64,000 nucleotides of DNA from Macrostomum lignano. Taxonomy: Eukaryota. The notes under the pieces are model-generated. The model made no database searches and had not been told where the DNA came from. It saw only the letters and a list, made by a program, of their open reading frames with translations. Below, piece after piece: positions 32,601 to 44,600 of this stretch. Each line of letters starts with the position of its first letter. The stretch's first letter is position 1. The position numbers and the translations under genes are program-made. Location: positions 1,178,001-1,242,000 of the forward strand of contig NIVC01000040.1 in NCBI GenBank assembly GCA_002269645.1. The letters run 5' to 3'.

Positions 32601-35600
32601 TGAGATTATTTAAAAGCTGCCTGAAAAAAATAATATTACAGAGCTGCTATGAGATTATTGCTATGAGATTATTGCTGTGAGATTATTGCAAAGCTGCTAT
32701 GAAATTATTGCTATGAAATTATTGCGAACCTCCACGAGATTATTGCTATGAGATAATTGCTATGAGATACTTGCTATAAATTTTTTGCAAAGCTGCTATG
32801 AGAATATTGAAAAGCTGCTATGAGAATATTGCTATGAGATTTTTGCAGAAATGCTATGCAATTATTGCTATGAGATTAGTGCAAAGCTGCTATGAGATTA
32901 TTGCTATGAGATTATTGCTATGAGATTATTGCAAAGCTGCTATGCGATTATTGCTATGAGAATATTGTAATGAGGTTATAGCATCAACACTCCATGAGAT
33001 TATTGAAGACCTGCTCTACGATTATTGCTATGAGATTATTGCTATGAGATTATTTGTATGAGATCATTGCAAAGCTGCTATGAGATTATTGCTAAGCTGC
33101 TTTAGGAATATTTTTTTATCTTTTTTTATCTGACGCTTTTTAAAGATATTTTTAGATTTCTTGTCGTTAAAAATTTTTTAAAAAAAACTTCTAGACACTC
33201 AAAAATTCGAACCCACGCCGCTGCATTTACAGTCCAGTCTGTTCACCTCTAGGCTAGCTCTCATTCATTTGATAACATGAATTTTGTAACTTATATATAA
33301 ATTCAACACTTTCAACACTCCGAGCATAGCAGTTATGACATAATCTATTTCTTAGGCAGCCTGTATCAGTTTCAATTGAAGTCAACAATATAGTTACGCA
33401 ATATAAATCTAGCTAGTCTCGTGCAATGCTTCTACGTGGAGTTACAATTCAGCTGCGACGCAATCTATTGCAGAATCAGCATTCAACCAGTCAGTTTTTT
33501 CTCTAGCATTTTTACAATGCTTTTCAAGACTAAAGAGCTGCTTGACCTTTGCAAAAAAGCATGTTTTTCGAATATTTAATGCCTTTAGCATCGAACAATT
33601 TCTTAGCCAAGATGCATGTACCGAGACGCGAAAATTTGAGATCGAATGGTGCAAGTTTGAAGAAAATCGGACAACGCATTCGCCTAAACGACGAGAAGAC
33701 GGCTATTTTACATGGCACCAATTGACATATATATATACATATATACATATATATAGTTTTCATTTTTAGTATATCTGACTAGCATACCAATTCCCCCTTT
33801 GGGGGAAGAATACCAACGCTTCTAATATCTTAAGAAATAAAGAACTATTAAATCGATATCCCCCTATTCAATATACTACGCCAAATAACTCTTGCTATCC
33901 TCTTATCACGCTATGTTTTAACCTAGATATCCGCTATATTATTCCTTATACCAAGCCTAAATAACTCTTGCTATCTCTTTGATATCTTTAGCTATCTCTT
34001 GGAAATCCCCTGCTACCCATTGACATCTCTAGCCATCCTATCGATATCTGTAGCTATCTCTTGCAATTTTCCATTGATATCCCATGCTATATGACATGCT
34101 ATTTTATCGACACCCCTTGAAAAATCTAATCACATGCAAACTGCTGGAACTCTCACGATATACCAGAAAATCTCAAACTATACCCTGGAAACGCTTTATC
34201 CTGAACTTCCTATTTACTAAAAATGAAAATCTTCTTTTCTAGAGATCACCTCGACATTTCATGCTTTACCTATAAATCTAGAACACATCATTTCGTTTCC
34301 TCAGTATGTCATGCTATTTTCTTTAAAATCGTCCTACCTGCTAGATACTTTTTGCTATCCTCTCGATAAACCATGTCGTCCCCTCGACAATTTATGCGAC
34401 TCCTTTTACAATAAATCATGATCTCCCCTTGACACTCAGTAATTCCCCCAAGCCTACACATCTCAGAATTCAGCAATCCCCCAAGCCTTGACTTCTCAGG
34501 AATTTCTCCCCAAGCCTTGACATCTCAGCAGTGCCCTAATGCTTGACATCTCAGAAATTCTCCCAAGCCTACAAATCTCAGCATTCAGCAATCCTCCAAG
34601 ACTTGACATCTCAGAAACTCCCCCAAGCCTACAAATCTCAGCATTCAACAATACTCCAAGACTTGACATCTCAATAATTCCCCCGAGCCTTCACATCTCA
34701 GCAGTCCCCCAAGCCTTAACATCTCAGAAATTCCCCCAAGCCTACACATCTCAGCATTCAGCAATCCTCCAAGCCTTGACATCTCAAAAATCCCCCCAAG
34801 CCTTCACATATAAGAAATACCCCAAGACATGAAATCTTAGTAATTCCCCCAAGCCTACACATCTCAGCATTCAGCAATCCTCCAAGACTTGTCTTCTCAG
34901 AAATTCCCCCAAGCCTTCACATCTTAGCAGTCCCCAAGACTTGATATCTCAGTAATTCCCCCAAGCCTTCACATCTTAGCAGCTATGAGACTATTGCTAT
35001 GAGATTATACAGAAGCTGCTATGAGATTATTGCTATGAGATTATTATTGCTAAGCTGCTATAAGATTACTGCTATGAGATTACTGCAAAGCTGCTATAAG
35101 ATTATTGCTATGAGATTATTGCAAAGCTACTATGAGATTATTGCTAGGAGATTATTGCAAAACTGCTATGAGATTATTGTTATCAGATTATTGCAAAGCT
35201 GCTATGAGATTATTGCTATGAGATTATTGCAAAGCTACTTTGAGATTATTTCTATGAGTTTATTGCGAAGCTGCTATGAGATTATTGCTATGACATTATT
35301 GCAAAGCTGCTATGAGATTATTGCTATGACATTATTGCAAAGCTGCTATGAGATTATTGCTATAAGATTATTGCGAAGCTGCTATGAGATTATTGCAAAG
35401 CTTTTGTGAGATTATTGCTATGAGATTATTGAGAAGCTGCTATGAGATTATTGCAAAGCTGCTATGAGATTATTATTGCTAAGCTGCTATGAGATTATTG
35501 CTATGAGATTATTGCGAAGCTGCTATGAGATTATTGCAAAGGTGCTATGAGGTTATTGCTATGAGATTATTGCAAAGCTACTATGAGATTATTGCTATGA

Positions 35601-38600
35601 GATTATTGCAAAGCTGCTATGAGATTATTGCTATTAGATTATTGCAAAGCTGCTATGAGATTATTGCTATGAGATTATTGCTATGAGATTATTATTGCAA
35701 AGCTGATATGAGATTATTGCAAAGATGCTGTGAGAATATCGCAAAGCTGCTATAAGATTATTGCTATGAGATTATTATTGCAAAGCTGCAATGAGATTAT
35801 TGCAAAGCTGCTATGAGATTATTGCAATGAGATTATTATTGCTAAGCTGCTATGAGATTATTGCTATGAGATTATACAGAAGCTGCTATGAGATTTTTGT
35901 TATGAGATTATTATTGCTAAGCTGCTATGAGATTATTGCTATGAGTTTATTGCGAAGCTGCTATAAGATTACTGCTATGAGATTACTGCAAAGCTGCTAT
36001 AAGATTATTGCTATGAGATTATTGCAAAGCTACTATGAGATTATTGCTAGGAGATTATTGCAAAACTGCTATGAGATTATTGTTATCAGATTATTGCAAA
36101 GCTGCTATGAGATTATTGCTATGAGATTATTGCAAAAATGCTATGAGATTATTGCTATGAGATTATTGCGAAGCTGCTATGAGATTATTGCTATAAGATT
36201 ATTGCGAAGCTGCTATGAGATTATTGCAAAGCTTTTGTGAGGTTATTGCTATGAGATTATTGAGAAGCTGCTATGAGATTATTGCAAAGCTGCTATGAGA
36301 TTATTGCTATGAGATTATTGAGAAGCTGCTATGAGATTATTGCAAAGCTGCTATGAGATTATTGCTATGAGATTATTATTGCTAAGCTGCTATGAGATGA
36401 TTGCTATGAGATTATTGCGAAGCTGCTATGAGATTATTGCTATGAGATTATAGAGGAGCTGCTATGAGATTATTTCAAGGCTGCTATGAGATTAAAGAGG
36501 AGCTGCTATGTGATTCTTGCAAAGGTGCTATGAGGTTATTGCTATGAGATTATTGCAAAGCTACTATGAGATTATTGCTATGAAATTATTGCAAAGCTAC
36601 TATGAGATTATTGCTATGAGATTATTGCAAAGCTGCTATGAGAATATTGCTATGAGATTTTTGCAAAGCTGCTATGAGATTGTTGCTATGAGATTATTGC
36701 AAAGATGCGGTGAGAATATCGCAAAGCTGCTATGAGATTATTGCTAAGCTACTATGAGATTAATGAAGAGCTTATTTGAGATAATTTTTTGTTTACATGA
36801 CGCGTCTTTTTTTATCTGACACTTTTTAAAGTTTTCTTAATTAAATTTCGTACGATAAAAAAGTAAATATTGAATACTTGTAAATTAAATAAATAAATTG
36901 GATAAATTTAAATATGTAAAAAACTTCTAGACACTCAAAAATTCGAACCCACGCCGCTGCATTTACAGTCCAGTCTGTTCACCTCTAGGCTAGCTCTCAT
37001 TCATTTGATAACATGAATTTTGTAACTTATATATAAATTCAACACTTTCAACACTCCGAGCATAGCAGTTATGACATAATCTATTTCTTAGGCAGCCTGT
37101 ATCAGTTTCAATTGAAGTCAACAATATAGTTACGCAATATAAATCTAGCTAGTCTCGTGCAATGCTTCTACGTGGAGTTACAATTCAGCTGCGACGCAAT
37201 CTATTGCAGAATCAGCATTCAACCAGTCAGTTTTTTCTCTAGCATTTTTACAATGCTTTTCAAGACTAAAGAGCTGCTGAAGAGTTGATTCGGGAGGTGA
37301 TCAGTCTCCCGAAAACTCCCACTTCCAGACACTTAAGCCTGGGAACAAAATAAAGTGATCACTTACTGTTGCGGGCTCCTCTTCTGTGTAGTGCAGGTTC
37401 TCCGAGCTCGTTTCTTCAAATCTTCTTCTTCTCCGGAGGAATCTTCTTGAAGTCTCGAATCGGCCGAATGAGAGCGTGACGATCAAATCAGGCGACGTCG
37501 CAGTATTTCTCGAATGCAAATCAATATAGGCCTTAAGCTCAGTAATCAATATCAACGATGCGCCCTTGTAATAAAATCAACTTTCTGTAATAATCACGAG
37601 GACCTCCAAGAGGGGCGTCTTCTTCTAGATCTAACGGAATCGGAGTCGTGTGCTCCTATCGGTTAATCTAGGATAACCAAAATCAATCAATCGATAATCC
37701 TCTAAGGGTATCGGAATCGGTCCGCAGATCCTATCCGATCCCTTAGGAAAATGGGAGGCCTCAAATTCAATGAACTCAGTCCAAACGACTGGACAGTAGC
37801 GGCCGGCAATAAATCGCTCTCAAAATCAATAACAAAGGCTCTAACCAGAGCTTACCGAACGGTAGGTATTTCCTCAGAGATATAGCCTCGCTTAGCTGCT
37901 CCAGCAAGCTTCAAGATCTTCAGAGGGTGCTCCGAGTCCCAAGATCTTTTGAGGCTGCTCCGAGTCCCAAGATCTTTTGAGGCTGCTCCGAGTCTGAGAT
38001 TTTTAGCTCGGATTTTGGCTTGTATTTATAGGAAAAATTCTTGAGAAACAGCTTATTTTTAGTAGGTGACAGTTTAGCGCTTTGGAAATTTGGCCCCTAT
38101 GGAATACATTAGGTTTGAGCGTCAATATCATATTCGGAGTTCTAAATTTAAGTGTTGCAAAAGATGGTCATTTGTTGCTTTCGTGGTCTTTAAAAATAGA
38201 GTGTGACAATTTGCAGTTTTTACAACATTCAAGTTTTTCGCATTTTTATGTTGCTACTTACAGTAGTCTGCTTGTAATGCCTCTGGAGATCTCTACACTG
38301 CTTGACCTTTGCAGAAAACACATTTTTTTGGAATATTTAATGCCTTTAGTATCGAGCAATTTCTTAGCCAAGATGCATGTACCGAGCCGCAAAAATGTCT
38401 GATCGAATGGTGCAAATTTGAAGAAAATCGGACAACTCATTCGCCTAAACGACGAGAAGATGGCTATTTTACATGGCACCAATTGACATATATATATATA
38501 TATATATATAGTTTTCATTTTTAGTATATCTGACTAGCCATTTAGCCCCCCGCTGGGGGGCTTTAAAATGACACCAAGTGGTTTTTATTTTGGCGCAACA

Positions 38601-41600
38601 GTAACCATTAATTTCCGTTTCCATTAATAAAAATTACTTTTTCTCATTTTGAAAAAAAACAAGTTGCCATGAATCAGAACTTTCACCAGCAAAAAAAGTT
38701 TCCTTCATCAGCCCAAAACCATTTTTCCATCAGCAAATAGTGCTTATCCTTTCAAGCACAAACTCTTAGAGAGCATATCGTCATTGGCCTGGGCATATTC
38801 TAGTTCACAACAGGAGCTCAATATGCCTATCCCTGACGGCCTTTGACCCCCCTCTTTATTAGCCTAACTCAAAGAATCAAACCTTTAATAATAAATACGC
38901 TGGTATTTCCTATCAGCAGATTTAGCATTACTTGTGTGCACAATTTTATTATCTGAATTAAATGAGCTACCTGAGCCATACTACTTGACGATCGGACAAT
39001 CTTTTGTCCGATCGCCTTTGACCCCCCTCTTTATTAGCCTAACTCAAAGAATCAAACCTTTAATAATAAATACGCTGGTATTTCCTATCAGCAGATTTAG
39101 CATTACTTGTGTGCACAATTTTATTATCTGAATTAAATGAGCTACCTGAGCCATACTACTTGACGATCGGACAATCGTTCAACAACCCAACCCCCTCCCC
39201 CCAACAATTCAGCCATCCCCTATGAGCCTTGACATCTCAGAAATTCCCTCAGTAAGCTTCGACATCTCAGCAATTAAACTCGAGCCTTGACATCTACGCA
39301 ATTCTCCCAGGCCAGTAAGCCTTGACATCTCAGCAATTCCCAGAGTAAGCATTGAAATGTCAGTAATTCCCTCAGTAAGCCTTGGAATCTCAGCAATTCC
39401 CCAAGTAAGCCTTGAAATCTCAGCAATTCCCATGAGCCTTGAAATCTCAGAAATTATCCCAAAAAAGCCAGGACATCTCAGCAATTCAACCAATAAGCCT
39501 TGAGATCTCAGAAATTCCTGAGAAGTCTCCACAACAACCTGAAATTATCCCTTCCAATCCCAAAAAACAGACTTCAGTCATACTCTAGCGGCCTAGAATT
39601 GCCCCCACAGCAAACAATAATTTACTCAGCAGTCCACAGTAATCCACAGTTACCACCTCAGCAGTTTGCAGCTATACGCTCATAAGTCTGGAGCAAAGAT
39701 CATATCATTGCTTCTGAATATGGTCGGGAGGAACTCCGTCTGCACATCCCACATCTTTACATCTATGATATGATCCTCCAGACGATATGATCTATATGTC
39801 TGGAGGAACTACCTTAGCAGTTTGCACTTTGTCCCCTTTGCAGTCTGCATGAATGAACCTTTTGACAATCTGCAGTTCTTCTGTCGGCCGGCTCCTTAGT
39901 CTCCTGCTTAGCAAACTGCAATGATATTTTCAACAATAAAAATTTGCTAACAATTTAGTACGGTTCACTAATCAATTTTCGATACACATCGGCAGTGTTT
40001 TGCACAAATCAGCATTAAGCAATACCTTCATTCCTAAATAGCAAGCATCCCCCAAAAGAAAGCAATCTCAGCACTTCCCTCCCATAAGCATTTGAAACCT
40101 CAATTCAAGCAATTCTTCCAGTAAGCCATGGCATATCAGCAATTCCCCATGGGCCTTGAAATATCAGAAATTGCCCCAAAAAGCCATGACATCTCAGCAA
40201 TTCCTGAGATATGCCCACAACAACCTGAAATTATCCCTTCTAATCCCAAAAAACGGACTGCAGTCATTATCTTAGCAGCCTGGAGTTATCCCCTTGCAGT
40301 CTATAACTTTCATTGACATTAAGCATTTATCCCCTCAGCAGCCTAGAACTGTCCCGTCAGCAAACCACAATATTTCACTTAGCAGTCCACAGTAATCCCC
40401 TAAACAACCTGCACTTAATCACTTAAACTGCACAGTTTTGAAACTGATGTCTTGCTATCCTATCTTCTCTGAGAGTTGTCTTGCTCAGAAGTCTACCAAT
40501 CCTCCAAGCAGCCCCCCCCACCAGTTTTAGCTATACGCTTATAAGTCTGGAGGAACTACCTCAGCAGTTTTCAGTTTGTCCCCTTTCAGCAGTTTTCAGT
40601 TTGTCCCCTTTGCAGTCTGCATGAAATGACGATTTCGCCGAGTCTGCAGTTCTCCTCTCGGCCGTCTCCTGGGTATCCTCAGCAAACTTAAATAAAGGAT
40701 CCTTTCAAGAATCTAATTTTTTTCTCAGCATTTATTACGGTTCACTAATCAATTTTCGATACATATCGGCAGTTTTTTCACAATTCAGCCTTTATTTTAA
40801 CAATAAATTTAGCAGCTTAGCAATTTGATACTTTCATGGAGCTAGGTAATACCCATTGATGCGATGAGTAATACTCGAAGCAGTTTTTTTACAAATCAAA
40901 TTTGTTTAGTAAATTTGAATAATTTTGTATGGCAAAAATTTTCATTAAGTGTACCTTGCGAATTCAACAAAAATATTCCTATTAGTTGAGCCCGAAGCTA
41001 TAAATTAATAAATTAATTTAATTTTAATCACCCCCCGAGGAGGCAGACTCGAACCTTGGTTGGACCTTACGCCTAGCCTAAACCTGGCCTGGTGCCTACA
41101 CTGCGGCTATTCCGCCTACTGATCGGAGGGCGCAAAAATCAGCCATATATGCTTCGGCACTGCCGTCAAATACATAGCAGTGATAGGCTGAGCAGTGATG
41201 CTCAGTGTGCACAGGTTGTGTGCAGGCAGAGCCAATGCACAGTTGAGTGAAATCTATAAATAGCAATTGTCTATGCAGTCAGCCAGAGCAGAATGTACAC
41301 ACGCCGCCACTGAGCATTATTTTCCTCTCCCTTGCTGCATCCAGTACTGAGGCCTACTAGACAATGAAGAGAGAAAAGTTGTGGCGCAATCTTAATTGGA
41401 ATTGAAATTCAGTTAGTGAGATTTTGACCTTTTCTAGCCTCCCATTGAAAGCATTAAAAAAATTCGTTTTTCGATTATTTAACCATCTTCCCATTCGAAT
41501 TTTTTAAATACAATTACACCCACACAATCTCACAAGAATTTGCAATTGAATAAAGCAAGTTTGAAAAAAATCGGTTCAGGCATTCAGGCTGTAGACTGGA

Positions 41601-44600
41601 ATACCGGTCAGACAAACAAACCTTAAAGATTTAGTATATTGTGATGATGATTTTAGTATATAGGAAAGGATATATTTGGATTAAGCCATTCTGGAAATAA
41701 TCGATTGCGCACATACAAGATTTTCATTTTTAGTATATAGGATGATCGAGCGCTACAGAGGGCCCGTTTTACAAAGCCATCGTAAGATAAGATCGTTCTT
41801 AGCTCCTTAGCTCCTCCTTTGAACAAGAACGATCTTATACGATGGCTTTATAGAACAGGCCCAGAGTGTGGACGACCGATACTAATGCGAAGCCAATTGT
41901 ATTTTTATTTGGTCTTTTATTAGTTCCTGGATAATATAAAAAAATATAGATAAATTAGCCGCCATCACCAAAGTAGATTTATCAACAAATGTCATACAAA
42001 AATCTCGTAAAAAGTTTTCACGTCATTGAGATCCGGAATTGTCTATCAAGGCTGAGAATATCCAGTCCTCTAAAAAATAACGCAGCTGACTCAAAGAGTC
42101 CGACAGGCAAGTGACGCGCTTGGTTGCACGGAGCGCTGAGTAGTATCATAGTTGACTGACTCAGCTGAGTGAGCTCTCGATCGTTTGAGTTTATCTGAGT
42201 ATCTGAGTCTGATGTGACGCTGACGGTTTTTTTGTCTCGCCAGTTCGTCGGTTGGTAGCTCGTATTCGCTGGGAATATTTAATGTGTAATCTGGTTATTT
42301 CAATGAGTTGTATTTTTATGTTTGCTAACGATGGTTGGCAATACTTTGTTTTACTGGGTTGGCAATACTTTATTTAACATTTTGAATTCTGTGGCTTCGG
42401 AGGAGGTTTTTTGTAGCTCGTCTGTTAAAACTACCGCTTGCAAGTTCATTTTTCCAAGCATTACTAAAGAACGCTTCCCGCCAGATCTTAAACCGCATTC
42501 AGTCTAAGTACCGTGTTTTCCCACAAGAGCATGTCTTCCGAAGCCACCCCACCTGATCCGTTACTTTGCTATCAGTTGCAAGCGAATGTTTTACTTCTGC
42601 CAACCGTGTTTGAAAGAAACAATACAAATAATCCGATAATCGGCCAGTTGTCATCGATCAATCAAGGTTCTACGTGTTCATCGCTAATTTGAATACATGT
42701 AGCAGCCCGTCAGCACGCGAACTCTTACATCAGATCAGATATATTCGTCACACTAAAGTAGGCTCTGCGCACCACCCATGCCAGTAGCCTCAACACAGGA
42801 ATCAGGAGTATAAATATTGTACACTTTTTCATCCTTGCGTACACCGACCTCGACTACAACTGAAAATGCGATAAGCACATTCTGCTTTTCTTGTTAATGA
42901 GTTTGAGCGTGAGCAGTTCGTTTTTTATTCGCTTATGTTAATTATTCGCATTACAATTTCAGTTAAACTGCAAGGTTGCTACTTTCACCGCAATTATGAA
43001 GATGAGAATCTAAAATACCGCATATCAACCAGTGAGTCAATGACAATTGAGAGCTGCCAAAAAGACTGCAGTCGTTATACCTTCCGCTACTTTGGAGTCG
43101 CTAAAACAGAATGCTGCTGCGGTGATCCAAAAATTGCTAACAAAATATCTTTGAACAGATGTAATTACAGGTGTCCGGGAAACCCAAAGCAGATTTGCGG
43201 TGGTATTTTCGATGGTATGGTTGTGTACGAGCAGCCCGCTACACTTGTTACAGCCTCTGCCGGTAAGAATGCCCTAATTTATTACGTTCAATTGTTCATT
43301 TATGAATGGTGTCATTGTCTCATTTCCTCGCTCGCTTATAGAGGGTAGTCTCTAGCTCACTCCTCGTCGGATTCTTAGTAATAGAAAAAAGTGGAAGAAA
43401 TTGTCGTCGACTTTATTCTTATCTATTGCAGAGAGTATGTTGTCTGACAGGTGAAACTAACAATCTCCTTTCACGTACAGACGCTTCCCGTCAATAACTT
43501 TGCTACTTCCGAGATCGTAATCTGTGCAGTTAGTGCACAGAAATTTCATTGTGTGCCATTGTACTGAACTAAAAACTGCTTCTGAGCAGCTGCAAGTTTG
43601 ACAGTGGATGCGAAAACGAGGCTCGTTTGGGTAAAAAATAACCCACTTTCAGCACTGCCTTCTCGACGTATGTTTATACCCGGTAGTATTTACTGTTTGC
43701 TGATCTTCGATAAAGAATTGATAAAGATTTCGATAACAAATTGCTAGTCATTCCCTCCACTGCAGGGCGGTTCTCTCAATGGAAGAAGTAAATGTGAGGC
43801 TAGGAGCCTGCTGTGCCGCAGCGTGCTTCGTAAAGACAGTTCAGATGGGTCTCTAATAGCATACGCAAATTATACGGGTCCTGGTAGAATCTGGTTGAGA
43901 ACTTTGCTAATAAGAGCCTAGCAGTTCTCCCATTACCCATTACTCCTATTACGCTAAAAAGGTGGATGATGGGAAACTTCTATTGAAGGCGGGCTCCTAT
44001 CAGTATACAGCATCGCGTAGATTTAACGGTTCATTTCTGTCTCGAGTTAATTTTACCACTGCCATTTGATATTTTTTTAGGATATCAAATATACATACTA
44101 GCACCTGGTGGCTTGAAATGCTTAATTCTATACGATCCCGCCTTTGGAAGCAGTCCTCTGCACACGCGTGTGTGAACTTGTCTAACCAAGGAATTCTAAA
44201 CCTAGCAATTCCAGCACTTGCTAGGTTTAGGATTCTTTGGTCTAACTAACCGTTCACCAACCGTGTCAAATAATTCCATCGTATCAAACACATGCTTTGT
44301 CACACTCCTTAAATTGGTGGGGACCATACTGGACCCGGGTTTTGTTGCTTTTTCTGCTTCCTTCCACATTAACGCTGCCTCCATCTCCTCAATATTTACT
44401 CAAGGACCACTAGAAGTTACCGTTGTCCTGGTGTTTACTATGCCAGTCGGGCTAGATGTGTGTGAAAAAAGCAAGGCTGATGGGGGGAAGGATTTCACGT
44501 TCGTATATTCACCTTTGGTGGGATTAGGGATAACACGACTCTGGACGGTCTGCAGGTGGGGGGAAACAGTCGACGAGCAACTTGGAGAGAAAAGCAGCAA

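Noticed and set aside
33197-33263. tRNA-Tyr gene (and tRNA-Met-like heads at about 18390-18450 and 56300-56357, tRNA-like 41042-41116)
   Set aside because: A and B boxes are present but acceptor or anticodon stems do not pair; treated as SINE heads or pseudogenes
34999-36735. [11 protein letters not shown]-repeat ORFs resembling leucine-rich repeats
   Set aside because: Translation of the GCTATGAGATTATT satellite with frequent frame breaks and no splice or start context
38680-38725. Other CTGANGA matches as hammerheads (38712 minus, 1590 plus, 21026 plus)
   Set aside because: No stem II closed by GAAA and no stem I complement
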